DNA from: a bacterium
Lineage (GTDB): Bacteria > UBA8248
Assembly (NCBI GenBank): GCA_965219955.1
Contig: OZ244799.1
Coordinates: forward strand, 864,001-928,000
Direction of reading: 5' to 3'
DNA: 64,000 nucleotides
Shown: positions 49,339-61,359 of the stretch, in pieces
Layout of the letters: each line of letters opens with the position of its first letter
Position numbering within the stretch: the stretch's first letter is position 1
Position numbers and translations under genes: made by a program
Notes under the pieces: generated by a model
Told to the model about the DNA's origin: nothing
Seen by the model: only the letters and a program-made list of their open reading frames with translations
Databases searched by the model: none

Positions 49339-50616
49339 TTGCGAATGAAAATTCGGACTCTCTTAATCCTTGCAGCTCCAGTTGTGGCTGCTGTCTATTT
49401 TCTTCACTACAATCGAGAAATCATAGAACTGCGTCTCACGGATGCCTGGTCTGTGCGAGTACCATTAGCTCTAGTGGTTTTTGGAGCGGCTCTCATTGGT
49501 TCGTTTCTGGCCTCTGTTCTAGGGTGGGGGGAGGCTGCTCTTGGTTGGTTTTCGCGTCAGAAGATTGCAAAGAAACAAAAACGTTTACATCGTGCACAAG
49601 AACGATTTGTCAGAGCCCAAAGCTTTGGAATTCAAGGGAAAAGAAGGCGTGCCCGAAGAGAACTTAGGCGTGCCCTCAAGGATGATCCTTACTTTATACC
49701 CGCTTTGAGGCTAGCCGCAGATTTAGCTATAGATTCTGGCAATCCCAATGATGCTATTCAATGGAATGAGCGCCTTCGTGCTGTCACGAACAACTCACCT
49801 GATTCCATTATCCGTCTGTCGGAAACTTTAGATCAATCCGGTCAAGCGAAAGAGGCTCTTGAGTTACTTGCGCAAAACATTACAGGGAAAGGTGCGAGCC
49901 CTTTGTTGTTGCGAAAACTCAGGGATATGTATTTGGAGAATGGCCGCATCGAGGCTGCTGTCAATATTTGTGAGAAACTCTCACAATCGGGCGTGTCCGA
50001 TATGGATCGACAGGCGGATAACCAAATAGCTGGACGCGCGTATCTGTCTGTAGGAGAAGCTAAATTAAATAATTCTGACCCAGAAACGGCCATTACTTTT
50101 TTAGAACAAGCTCGGCGCCATCTAGCCAAGGAGAAAAAAGTACACCTTTTGTTGGGCGATGCACAATTGGCAGCAGGTCGTGAACGGCGAGCTCTACGTA
50201 CTTGGGAAAACGGCTATCAGGCTTTGGGTGGTTTGGAGTTTTTACAAAGGTTAGCGTTAGCTGTCGGACCCCTGGAGTCACAAAGCGCGATTAAAAAAGC
50301 CGCTGCAAATGTCCAATCTGCCGGAAAGCGCAGGGAGAAAGATATCCACCATCATGTGCTACACGCAGCGTTGATGCTCGAAGCAGGTCAAATCGAGAAA
50401 GTCGATAAAAGCTTGGAGCAGGTATCCGCCATGACCGTGTCAGCAGATGGTCAGGATTCTTGGGTACGTTTGGCACTGCATTTAATCGAGGCACGGTGTT
50501 TACAGGAAAAAGGAGAAAGGTTGGCCGCAGAGAATGAATTCAAGAAAACAGCGCAGGAGGCATCAAGGCTCCTAATGGGCAAGTCAATTTCTGGTACAGA
50601 ATTGAAACCATATTGA
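49339..50616 (+). CDS. Membrane-anchored TPR protein (LapA/LapB- or HemY-like architecture)
   Basis: Two N-terminal TM segments followed by TPR-like helical repeats. Confidence 0.6.
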   Translation: MRMKIRTLLILAAPVVAAVYFLHYNREIIELRLTDAWSVRVPLALVVFGAALIGSFLASVLGWGEAALGWFSRQKIAKKQKRLHRAQERFVRAQSFGIQGKRRRARRELRRALKDDPYFIPALRLAADLAIDSGNPNDAIQWNERLRAVTNNSPDSIIRLSETLDQSGQAKEALELLAQNITGKGASPLLLRKLRDMYLENGRIEAAVNICEKLSQSGVSDMDRQADNQIAGRAYLSVGEAKLNNSDPETAITFLEQARRHLAKEKKVHLLLGDAQLAAGRERRALRTWENGYQALGGLEFLQRLALAVGPLESQSAIKKAAANVQSAGKRREKDIHHHVLHAALMLEAGQIEKVDKSLEQVSAMTVSADGQDSWVRLALHLIEARCLQEKGERLAAENEFKKTAQEASRLLMGKSISGTELKPY

Positions 50617-50821
50617 TGCCTTTTGTTGGATAAAAAATGTGTTTACACGAGCCAAATAGATTGGTGTCGTTTGCAATGGGTGCAATTTAGGTTCTCTTGC
50701 CACGTGATTTCAAAGACTTTGGGATCATAGGAGTGAATAGTGATTGCTTGACTTATGGTTTGCTACAGCCTAGGTTTTGAGTGGTTGTATCCCTCCAACA
50801 CACATCGCCCGGAGATTCCCG

Positions 50822-51280
50822 ATGAAGCGTATCGCTCTTGCCGCTGATCATGGAGGGTATGAACTCAAGGAAGCAGTCAAACAAATGCTTGATGATAGAG
50901 CGATTCCATATCTTGATTTCGGGACGAACTCGGATGAATCTTGTGATTACCCGGATTATGCCGAACTCGCCGCTCGTTCAGTGAGCGAAGGCAACTCCGA
51001 ACGGGGAATTTTCTGTTGTGGGTCGGCTGCGGGAATGGTCATCGTGGCGAATAAATTTCCGGGTGTTCGCGCCGTAGCCTGCCACAATGAGTGGGCCGCG
51101 CGAATGAGCCGCTTGCACAATGATGCCAATGTCTTGGCTCTAGGTGGTCGGGTGGTCAGCCTAGAAGAGGCAGAAAGAATTGTAGCCATTTGGTTGGAAA
51201 CAGAGTTTGAAGGCGGGCGTCATTCCCGCCGTTTGGATAAGATTTCTGATATTGAGGATGCGCTCCAGCCGACGTCCTGA
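50822..51280 (+). CDS. rpiB: Ribose-5-phosphate isomerase B
   Basis: ADHGG, DYPDY, ANKFPGVRA, HNDANVL, FEGGRH. Confidence 0.95.
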   Translation: MKRIALAADHGGYELKEAVKQMLDDRAIPYLDFGTNSDESCDYPDYAELAARSVSEGNSERGIFCCGSAAGMVIVANKFPGVRAVACHNEWAARMSRLHNDANVLALGGRVVSLEEAERIVAIWLETEFEGGRHSRRLDKISDIEDALQPTS

Positions 51281-51307
51281 TGATTCTACTGCACGGGCCG
51301 GATTCTT

Positions 51308-51772
51308 ATGAAATGTCCGATATGTAGTCACTCTGAGAGTAAAGTGGTCGACAGCCGAACGACCAAGGAAGGCAACTCAATTCGCAGAAGGCGTGAGTGC
51401 GAGGAATGCGCTCACCGTTTTACGACTTATGAGAGGGCGGAAGTCTCCTGGCCACTTATAATTAAGAAAGATGGCACACGTGTAAATTATCTTCGCGACA
51501 AAATAAGCATAGGGATCAAGAAGGCGCTGGAGAAAAGGCCTGTTTCTGCCGAGGATCAAGAAGCGATTGTCGACCGAATAGAACGATATATACTTGATAG
51601 TGGCGAGAAAGAGCTATCCACAGAGGCTATTGGGGAAAAGCTCATGGGAGAGTTGAGGGATGTAGATGAGGTAGCCTATGTGCGTTTCGCATCAGTCTAT
51701 CGTTCATTCAAAACCCTCAAAGATTTCGAAGCCGAGTTGGAAAAATTAGAAGAACGCACCAATATCGAATAA
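51308..51772 (+). CDS. nrdR: Transcriptional repressor NrdR
   Basis: [32 protein letters not shown]. Confidence 0.97.
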   Translation: MKCPICSHSESKVVDSRTTKEGNSIRRRRECEECAHRFTTYERAEVSWPLIIKKDGTRVNYLRDKISIGIKKALEKRPVSAEDQEAIVDRIERYILDSGEKELSTEAIGEKLMGELRDVDEVAYVRFASVYRSFKTLKDFEAELEKLEERTNIE

Positions 51773-51876
51773 AGAGTGATTCATATCGTTAATCTATTTT
51801 GGCCCAATTTACTGTAATCCTACCGGATAAATGCCCAATCATACTCCATTTAATGGATTCTAAATTTGAAGTAGCT

Positions 51877-53091
51877 TTATTCGCTGATGGTTTCACCCAC
51901 AGGGTCAGCACCCCGGTGGGAAGCTCCGGATGCCATTAAATTTTTGATTTCTTTATCTTGAAATCCATATTCTTTTAATATTTCAACGGAATGCTCCCCC
52001 AATCGGGGTGGAGGGAAAGAGTCCCGTATAGGCAAATCCGAAAATTTTGGCGCCGGCCTCGTGCCGGGATAAGTCCCTTTGACGGGATGTTGGTATTCTC
52101 TTACGAACCCACCCGATTGAACCTGTGTGTGTCCGAAACTTTCGAGCATGTTAAGCGCCGGGCTCACACATACATCCGCACCATCAAAAAAAGTGGTCCA
52201 CTCATCGAGAGTTTTTGTTCGGAAAGTATTATTGAGTGCTTGAATCACCTCTATGCGGCGCTCACCGCTAGCGCTATAGTCATCGTGAAAATCATCATGC
52301 CCGATCAATTTGCATAAATTTATCCAAAATTTCGGCTCCGAGCATGCGACAGAAAGCATCCGGCCGTCTTTGGTAGGATAGAGGCGGTAACATGGTCTTC
52401 GGCCATTGTGTCGCATTTCTTCACGCCCTGGGCATTGCTCTGTCGAAAGATATGTTTGGCCGTGGATGGATAAAAAACTCATCACAGCATCGAGCATGGA
52501 CATGTCGATAAATTGTCCAACGCCTGTTCGGTCGGTAAGGCGTAAAGCCGCGAGTATTGCGAAAGCCGCCCACATTCCGGCACCCACATCCCCGATGAGC
52601 ACCCCGGGCACATACGGTGGGCCTCCTGCGGCTCCAGTAAGTTCTACGACACCACCTAGAGCCTGGAAGTTCAAATCATGTCCCGGAATTCGAGCCAGAG
52701 GGCCATCTTGTCCATATCCGGTGATAGAGCAATGGACAAGGGCTGGGTTCTCTTTTTTGAGTCTTTGATAGCCAATGCCCAGGCGCTCCATCACCCCCGG
52801 TCTGAAGCTATCGACGAGTACGTCTGTATCTTTCACCAGCTTGAGGAATGTGGATATACCGCTTTCATTCTTAAGATCTAATGCTAAGGAGCGTTTATTG
52901 CGGTTATAGCAAAGGTGAAGTGGGGATACGCCATGTTCATCAAAAGGGGATGCGAGGCGGATATAGTCGCCGCGCAGCGGTTCTTCTATCTTGATCACAT
53001 CCGCTCCCATATCGGCGAGCATCAAAGTGCATTGCCCGCCGGGAAGCAGGCGGCTCAAGTCTAATACACGTACACCAGTCAGTGGCATCAC
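51877..53091 (-). CDS. CaiB/BaiF class III CoA-transferase / racemase
   Basis: VLDLSRLLPG, NRNKRS, FRPG, GHDLN, PPPRLGEH. Confidence 0.92.
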   Translation of the reverse strand: MMPLTGVRVLDLSRLLPGGQCTLMLADMGADVIKIEEPLRGDYIRLASPFDEHGVSPLHLCYNRNKRSLALDLKNESGISTFLKLVKDTDVLVDSFRPGVMERLGIGYQRLKKENPALVHCSITGYGQDGPLARIPGHDLNFQALGGVVELTGAAGGPPYVPGVLIGDVGAGMWAAFAILAALRLTDRTGVGQFIDMSMLDAVMSFLSIHGQTYLSTEQCPGREEMRHNGRRPCYRLYPTKDGRMLSVACSEPKFWINLCKLIGHDDFHDDYSASGERRIEVIQALNNTFRTKTLDEWTTFFDGADVCVSPALNMLESFGHTQVQSGGFVREYQHPVKGTYPGTRPAPKFSDLPIRDSFPPPRLGEHSVEILKEYGFQDKEIKNLMASGASHRGADPVGETISE

Positions 53092-53257
53092 TTAACATTC
53101 CTTCTTGAAATTTGTAGACAAGCAGAGTTTCTATTGCGATATCATTCGACGTTTCAAAGATCAATGAAATGAGGGTGTATAAGTTGCTTCTCGCCTTTTA
53201 TCCTTCGCTTAAGATGGGCTACCCTAGGCGACCTTAAAGGAGCGGGTATGGAAGTAG

Positions 53258-54571
<1,314 letters not shown>

Positions 54572-54672
54572 TAGCGTACCGTATGTCATTCCGACAATAT
54601 TGATTATTTTGGAAATGAGAGGATGTCGCATTTTCGAATCGAGCGCCGTTTCCAAATTGAATCGATGAGGAT

Positions 54673-56028
54673 TTACTTGGATAAATAAATGTGCACGAGG
54701 CCGGATTGATCGACGAAAGCGATGTCGTCTTTCGCGTCTTGGTTGAAATCTGCGGTGAGTATGTTGGAACGAACGGGTGAGGGGATAGGCCTCGTCCATC
54801 TGAAATGCCAACGATTTCCGAAGAGCGCTAGCCCACTCAAATGCTGCCGGCCGACTTCTTGCATCACAACTTCCGCAACTCCTCGACGTCTTAGCAAAGT
54901 GAATTCCCAAAGGTTACGTGAACCAACCGAATGCGTGGTGAAACCAGCCATGCGAGCTCGCTCGCGGAGTCGTTTTCCACTAAGCCGCAGTGCCAGCAAG
55001 AAGCCTGCCAAATGTGGCTTTTCGACGGCCAGAACTTTCGGAGCACTGCCGTCGATATTGAATGCACCCAATAGATGCGACCAGCGCTTTCCCTTCCCGA
55101 TAGCCTCACCTCGGGCTTTTAGCGCAAGTTTGTTATTCCTCATGCCTAAAACCAGATGAGCCGCTCCACGGTCGTCGTCACTTTTAGTGACTAGAATTTC
55201 CTGTTTCCCGTCTTTGTCCAAGTCCGAGACTAGGGTACCAATGGCTTCGAAAACACCATTCTTTCCTGCGGTGTATTTGGCCATGAGTTGGAGAGATTTT
55301 TGGTTGAAGCGATATGCGTGGATTTCTGTTGGCTCGATGTCATCGCCAAGTACGGCGTGTCTATAAAGTCTGGATGGTACAGCGGGCACGATCAATTCTT
55401 TTCTTCCATCTCCGTCCAGATCCGCTGTTGTTAAGACAGCGTCTGGCAATACTCTTGCCGTTTTCGCTTTAATGAGTTGAGTCTGGAGCCATTTGCCCTC
55501 TTTTTTTTGGAATAAAAGCAAGGAGCCATCGACGCCGACCATTGCCACGTTATCTCTATCCAATACGACGGGTTTCGATAGGGTTGAAGGGCGGATGCTT
55601 GGCCAGACGAACAACCAACGCCGTTCGATAGTGTCGACATTGATGAACATTCCACTTTTTCCTGCGCCGACAAAGCTCCCGTCGGACAATTGCGTGGGTG
55701 GGACATTTGCAGCCAGGTCGGAGGGGGTAGGGTGGTCTTGCACATGCACACGAAACAGTTCGCCTGATTTCTTGAAGGTGATGGGATGAAAATCGCCATC
55801 CATTGTAAAGGCCAGAAGGGTAGTTTTTGTCTTTGAAGAACCTTTTTCGGCAGGTGCTGTCAACAACCACTTCGTTCTGCTTGATACTAAGGCGGTGAGT
55901 GTTTGGTGAGTAACGAGAGTTTCTGAGCCTTCAGCTATATTTTCATGTGGATAGAAGGTAAAGACGCAGACTAGAGCAAAAAGAATAGATAACTTCTTTC
56001 TTGAAATTCTCATCATCGCATCGTGCAT
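54673..56028 (-). CDS. Secreted FG-GAP/VCBS repeat protein
   Basis: Signal-like N-terminus; ADLDGDGRKELI, SDLDKDGKQEIL, ADFNQDAKDDI. Confidence 0.7.
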   Translation of the reverse strand: MHDAMMRISRKKLSILFALVCVFTFYPHENIAEGSETLVTHQTLTALVSSRTKWLLTAPAEKGSSKTKTTLLAFTMDGDFHPITFKKSGELFRVHVQDHPTPSDLAANVPPTQLSDGSFVGAGKSGMFINVDTIERRWLFVWPSIRPSTLSKPVVLDRDNVAMVGVDGSLLLFQKKEGKWLQTQLIKAKTARVLPDAVLTTADLDGDGRKELIVPAVPSRLYRHAVLGDDIEPTEIHAYRFNQKSLQLMAKYTAGKNGVFEAIGTLVSDLDKDGKQEILVTKSDDDRGAAHLVLGMRNNKLALKARGEAIGKGKRWSHLLGAFNIDGSAPKVLAVEKPHLAGFLLALRLSGKRLRERARMAGFTTHSVGSRNLWEFTLLRRRGVAEVVMQEVGRQHLSGLALFGNRWHFRWTRPIPSPVRSNILTADFNQDAKDDIAFVDQSGLVHIYLSK

Positions 56029-56033
56029 GGTTT

Positions 56034-56798
56034 CTACCCTGCCGTGACGCCGCCATCTGAAAGCACTATCGAGCCATTCATGAATGCATTTTCAGGAGAG
56101 ACCATAAACAGAGCAGTGGCCGCCATATTTTCGACCGTACCGAGTTGATGGAGTGGTATGCCCTCCAGTCTGGACTGGAGATATTCGGGTTTTGCATCGA
56201 GCCTTACTTTTACGCGAGGGCTTGCAACCAGGCCCGGTGCCAGGCAGTTCACGCGAACTCCCAGAGGTCCTAATTCCAGGGCCAGGCATTTCGTGAGATG
56301 GTGAAGCACGGATTTGGTCACCGAATAGAGACTCGTATCGGCTCTGCCTCGATGACCAGCAGATGAGCCGATCATCAAAATTGTGCCGCTTTTTTGAGGA
56401 ATCATCACCTTTGCCGCTTCACGGGATGCGATGTAGGCGGCTTTGGCATTGACTTCGAACAAGAGGTCGACTTCATCATCTGTGATTTCGACAATGGGTT
56501 TGAAGGCTCGAGTGCCCGCGCAAATGACTAAAATATCAAGTCCACCTAGGAAGTCGACGCCATCACGAATCAGTTGAACGGTGCGCCGCGCTTTGGATAA
56601 ATCATAACATTTTCCACCGGCGTTTACGCCAAGGTTTTTGCACGCGTTGATGGTGCTTCGCAGTCCTTGTGGATCGCTACCTCCCGTTCCCCATACGTGA
56701 GCCCCTGCTTGGGCGTATACGTGGGCGATAGCGGCTCCGATACCGGTTGATGCTCCTGTGATGATGACACGCTTATCCGCCAATAGTTTTGTAGACAT
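56034..56798 (-). CDS. SDR oxidoreductase
   Basis: TGASTGIG, YSVTK, VRVNCLAPG. Confidence 0.9.
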   Translation of the reverse strand: MSTKLLADKRVIITGASTGIGAAIAHVYAQAGAHVWGTGGSDPQGLRSTINACKNLGVNAGGKCYDLSKARRTVQLIRDGVDFLGGLDILVICAGTRAFKPIVEITDDEVDLLFEVNAKAAYIASREAAKVMIPQKSGTILMIGSSAGHRGRADTSLYSVTKSVLHHLTKCLALELGPLGVRVNCLAPGLVASPRVKVRLDAKPEYLQSRLEGIPLHQLGTVENMAATALFMVSPENAFMNGSIVLSDGGVTAG

Positions 56799-57117
56799 GG
56801 AGTATCCTCTTACGATGAATAGGAAAAGTAAGGGTGATGATTATCGAATAGATTGCAATGATGGTAAATACATTCGAAGGTTTGTGGTTTTTGGTCATGG
56901 CATGGAAACCTGCGTTTTAGAGTTTGGAGTTCGAGAGGGTTGTACGAGGGTCATACTATCTGTTGGCGATTTCATGTGAAACTGAAAGCGCAATAATGTT
57001 CATTAGAGATTACTTTGGTCTGATCACTCATTAGAAATGTTCAAAAGGGCAGAGGGTTTTCAAGGTCGAATGAAGATATTTGGAACTTTGGTCGTTTAGT
57101 ATATGAAAGGGAAGGAA

Positions 57118-57546
57118 ATGGGCAAAAAAGTAGAGCATCGCCATTGGCCGGACGCCCCTGAATTATGGATGCCATATGCGCCGGTTATCAAAGTAACCGG
57201 GGGTAGCCTCGTATTTCTGGCTGGGGTAACCGCTGCACCCGTCTATCATTATCATCCGCATCGACCGGAAGAATTTGATGCCATGCCCCGAGATATGGAG
57301 GGGCAGACTCGAGCGGCGTTGGAGAACTTGAAAAAAAGCCTTGAGGCGGTGGACGCCGATTTTGGCGATGTCGTTTCCGCCAACCGATTTGTTACTGACT
57401 TGGCGGATCAAGATTCTCTGAATAAAGTATGGGCTGAATATTTCGGAGACAACAAGCCAACTACAACCACTGTCCAGGTGGTTCAACTGGCTACAGATCC
57501 ACGTTGTCTCATCGAGGTAAATGCCTTGGCCGTTGTCGATTCATAA
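57118..57546 (+). CDS. RidA/YjgF family protein
   Basis: VFLAGV, QTRAALENL, PTTT, LIEVNALA. Confidence 0.82.
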   Translation: MGKKVEHRHWPDAPELWMPYAPVIKVTGGSLVFLAGVTAAPVYHYHPHRPEEFDAMPRDMEGQTRAALENLKKSLEAVDADFGDVVSANRFVTDLADQDSLNKVWAEYFGDNKPTTTTVQVVQLATDPRCLIEVNALAVVDS

Positions 57547-57695
57547 CGATAGCTTAGAATCCAAAACTTATGCTTGCACAAAAGCTTGGATTACAGCCAG
57601 AGACACGAAGCTCTTGTCAGAGCGGGGCGCCCTTTGTTAGCATTTGTTCATACATGAATATGCGCCCTTGGTTCCCCACCGAGAATTAGGTGTCC

Positions 57696-58877
57696 ATGAT
57701 ACGTCGCTTAAGAAATCCGGAATCTCGTATCAAAGTTTTGGAAGGGCGTTTACAACAATACCCATCCTCGGCTGTTTTTTTCCCTCTGGCCTCACTTTTA
57801 TGGGAGAAAGGCTTGGTAGATCAGGCCGAAAATCTCCTGAAAAGTGGCCTTGCAACCTATCCCAACTACGCAGCTGCGGGTGTTTTGCTTGGAGAAATAC
57901 TCATTACGAAAGAAGAACATGAACAAGCAGTCCGCTATATCACAAAAGCTCTGGAAATCGCTCCCTGGAATATTTCTGGTAGGCGTCTTCTGGCTGAATG
58001 CTATCGAAAAGAGGGCGATGAGGAAGCCATGCAAGTCGCGTTAAGAGTAGCCAAGATGCTTGAGGGCGATGAAGTAGCGATCCAAAGCGCGATAATCGAT
58101 TCCAATGTGGATAGCGCTCCAGTTGTTGTTCCGGAAGGCGAATTGGACGAAGTGGCAACGCCTGCTCTCGCTGAGCTTTATATGGCTCAGGGCCATCTGG
58201 ATAAGGCGCGGGACGTTTATGAGCGTCTTTTGGAGTCTGAGCCCGCTAAAGTCGAATGGAATGAGAGATTGGTTGCTATCAAAGAGCAAATATCGCAGGG
58301 GGAGGATGGTGATGGGCCCACGGGATACCCCGAGATGGGGGAAAATCTCGATTTGATAGCAGGAGAAATAAAAGGTGAGGCAAACGTACCGGGTGAGGCG
58401 AAGGCGGATGACGTCGCGTCCGGAAATATGGAAGCAGTTAAAGGGGACGTCGATACGTCAGCCGCCGAATTTCAAGACTTGGGTGATGTTTCGAGCCCTG
58501 CCGATAAAATAGCTGAAAGCGAGAATGAGGGGCGGGAGCCTGGCACCGCTCCAGAAGAAGAGGGTGTTGTTGGGGAAAAAGCCGTCGACTCCATTCTCCG
58601 AAAGATGGTTGAACTCTACGTCGAAGAGGATAACGATGCACTAGCGCTGGATATGTGCCGAAAAGCGCAAGCCTTGGGAGAGAACGCCCCTTGGATGTTG
58701 GAAAAAATCTCGGTGCTTGAGCGAAAAATGGAAGAATCGGCCGCATCACTGTTGCGTTATGAAGAGGAAGAAGATAAAGACCGATCGACTCCGGATCTTC
58801 TTCGTGCTGACCAGATGGTTGTGGAAACTTTGGAAGATTGGCTCGAAACGTTGCAACGGCGCAAAGCGAACGCATAA
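57696..58877 (+). CDS. Tetratricopeptide repeat protein with acidic linker
   Basis: FFPLA...TPR-like helices, TPALAELYMAQGHLDKA, LEDWLE C-terminus. Confidence 0.7.
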   Translation: MIRRLRNPESRIKVLEGRLQQYPSSAVFFPLASLLWEKGLVDQAENLLKSGLATYPNYAAAGVLLGEILITKEEHEQAVRYITKALEIAPWNISGRRLLAECYRKEGDEEAMQVALRVAKMLEGDEVAIQSAIIDSNVDSAPVVVPEGELDEVATPALAELYMAQGHLDKARDVYERLLESEPAKVEWNERLVAIKEQISQGEDGDGPTGYPEMGENLDLIAGEIKGEANVPGEAKADDVASGNMEAVKGDVDTSAAEFQDLGDVSSPADKIAESENEGREPGTAPEEEGVVGEKAVDSILRKMVELYVEEDNDALALDMCRKAQALGENAPWMLEKISVLERKMEESAASLLRYEEEEDKDRSTPDLLRADQMVVETLEDWLETLQRRKANA

Positions 58878-58986
58878 CCCGTCCGCCTGGTTAATTGGAT
58901 TGCTTGAAATATCGGGATATGGGTTCTGGAAAATGTGTTTGCTCCTGTTTTTTAGTTTGTTGACCTCGTAAGCGGGTGAATTTGGC

Positions 58987-61023
58987 ATGACGAAACTATC
59001 AAAAGAGAAGGCTCTATTCTCTGGCATGAGTATTGCCGAACAATCAATTCACACCATACGTACACTTTCGATGGATGCGGTGCAGAAGGCGAACAGTGGT
59101 CATCCGGGCACGCCAATGGCGCTGGCGCCACTAGCGTATGAACTGTGGGTGAACCATCTGCGTTATAATCCCCGGAACTCAGACTGGTTTGATCGAGACC
59201 GTTTCGTGCTTTCGTGTGGTCATGCCTCCATGCTTCTTTATGCCGTTCTCCATTTGAGCGGTTATGAACTTCCGCTCGATGAGATCGTTCGCTTTCGTCA
59301 GTGGGACAGCAAGACGCCGGGACACCCCGAATATGGTCTTACGCCGGGTGTCGAGACCACTACTGGCCCGCTCGGACAGGGGTTCATGAACGCAGTGGGC
59401 ATGGCAATGGCGGAGGCGCATTTGGCGGCCACTTTCAATCGGCCAGGCCATTCGATTGTAGACCACAATACCTATGTATTCATGAGCGATGGCGATATCA
59501 TGGAAGGCGCATCGCATGAAGCGGCATCCCTCGCGGGACATCTGGGTCTGGCGAAATTGATATGTGTCTATGACGATAATCGCATCACTATCGACGGCGA
59601 AACATCGTTGAGTTACTCCGATGACGTTGTGAAACGTTTTGAGGGGTACAACTGGCATGTGCAGAATCTCGGTGATAGTGCGGAGGATTTATCCCGGATT
59701 TCAGGAGCGCTTGACTCGGCAAAGGCGGAAACCGAGCGCCCTTCTTTGATTGTAGTGCGTTCGCACATCGGATATGGCTCGCCTCGATATCAGGATACCG
59801 CGCGGGCGCATGGTGCTCCTTTGGGGAATGAGGAAGTCGAGGCTACGAAAAGGAGTTATGGCTGGCCCGAGGGCGAGACGTTTCTGGTGCCGGACGAGGT
59901 ATCCACCCATATGGGAGAGGCGGTTTCTCGCGGCGCCGCGCTTGAAGAGGACTGGAATCACCGGTTCTCAAAATATGAATCGGAGAATCCTGAGTTGGCT
60001 GAGAAGTTTCAGGCGGCGCTTAAAGGCGAACCTCCTGCCGGCTGGGAGAGCTGCATTCCCGGTTTTGGAGCCGATGACGGGGCGCTCGCAACGCGGGCGG
60101 CATCTGGCGAAGTATTGAATGAAATCGCCTCTGCTATTCCCTGGTTGATTGGAGGAAGCGCGGACTTGGCGGCTTCAAACAACTCGCTCATCAAAGAATC
60201 AGGAAATTTCGCCAGGGGGGATTTTTCCAATCGCAACATCAACTGGGGCATCAGGGAACACGCTATGGGAGCCGCCTGCTCGGGAATGGCCCTGCACGGG
60301 GGTGTTCGTCCTTATGCGGCCACATTTTTCACGTTCACCGATTACGCCCGCCCGGCCATACGGCTCGCGGCGCTGATGGAATTGCCCGTCATCTATGTAA
60401 TGACGCATGACTCTATCGGTCTGGGCGAGGATGGCCCCACCCACCAGCCTGTCGAGCATCTCGCATCGCTTCGCGCCATGCCGGGTCTCACCATCATACG
60501 GCCATGCGACGCGAACGAAACCACCGCAGCTTGGCGAGTGGCGATCGAGCGTCTTGAAGGTCCGACCATGCTCGTGTTGACGCGCCAGGGCCTGCCCATC
60601 TTGGAGCGTTCGGAGGAGAACGAAGCGGATGCCCTGTCACGAGGGGCCTATGTCGTCTCGGCAGAGAGCGGGAATTCTCCTCAAGCTATATTGATTGCCA
60701 CGGGCTCGGAAGTGCATCTCGCAATGGAAGCGCAAAGCGCGTTGGCGGCAGATGGAATCGATGCCCGGGTCGTGAGCATGCCGAGTTGGGAGCTTTTCAG
60801 GGAGCAATCTCCCGCCTATCGGGATTCCGTTCTCCCGCCGGAGGTGAAGGCGAGAGTTGCGATTGAGGCGGGCGCCACCATGGGTTGGCGCGAGTGGGTC
60901 GGGGAGGATGGCGTTGTGATTGGAATCGATCGATTTGGGGCGAGCGCTCCTTATAAGGAAATTTATGCGCATTTCGGACTCACGCCGGAGAACGTCGCCG
61001 CGCGCGTGAATGACCTCCTCTGA
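58987..61023 (+). CDS. tkt: Transketolase
   Basis: [38 protein letters not shown]. Confidence 0.98.
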   Translation: MTKLSKEKALFSGMSIAEQSIHTIRTLSMDAVQKANSGHPGTPMALAPLAYELWVNHLRYNPRNSDWFDRDRFVLSCGHASMLLYAVLHLSGYELPLDEIVRFRQWDSKTPGHPEYGLTPGVETTTGPLGQGFMNAVGMAMAEAHLAATFNRPGHSIVDHNTYVFMSDGDIMEGASHEAASLAGHLGLAKLICVYDDNRITIDGETSLSYSDDVVKRFEGYNWHVQNLGDSAEDLSRISGALDSAKAETERPSLIVVRSHIGYGSPRYQDTARAHGAPLGNEEVEATKRSYGWPEGETFLVPDEVSTHMGEAVSRGAALEEDWNHRFSKYESENPELAEKFQAALKGEPPAGWESCIPGFGADDGALATRAASGEVLNEIASAIPWLIGGSADLAASNNSLIKESGNFARGDFSNRNINWGIREHAMGAACSGMALHGGVRPYAATFFTFTDYARPAIRLAALMELPVIYVMTHDSIGLGEDGPTHQPVEHLASLRAMPGLTIIRPCDANETTAAWRVAIERLEGPTMLVLTRQGLPILERSEENEADALSRGAYVVSAESGNSPQAILIATGSEVHLAMEAQSALAADGIDARVVSMPSWELFREQSPAYRDSVLPPEVKARVAIEAGATMGWREWVGEDGVVIGIDRFGASAPYKEIYAHFGLTPENVAARVNDLL

Positions 61024-61025
61024 AG

Positions 61026-61041
61026 CGTTTCACGTGAAACG
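61026..61041. promoter_or_regulatory. parS-like centromere site
   Basis: Perfect 16-bp palindrome CGTTTCACGTGAAACG; inner 14 bp match the parS consensus TGTTTCACGTGAAACA. Confidence 0.75.
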
Positions 61042-61359
61042 ACCCGCGCATTTGCCCGCAGACGCGCGCATTTGCCGCTGCGCAAACTGATCCATGGGCG
61101 TGTATCCTCACGATTGTTCCAGGCGGGGCGGAGTTGCGCCTCCGTATGCAGCAAAAACGGATTGAAAACCCTCGCAAATTTATCGAAAAGCCCCGTGAAT
61201 TTATCTATATTTATCTGAATTTACAGAAATTCACCCGCTCCCGCTGCGCGTCCGCCCCGGCTGTCTCCCCTCGAATTTGAATCCCCGGTTTTGTGTGGCT
61301 TTCTCGGGTATCGTGAAGTAAAATCACTCTTTTGGGCCGCATCGTCTGAGGAGTGAGAG

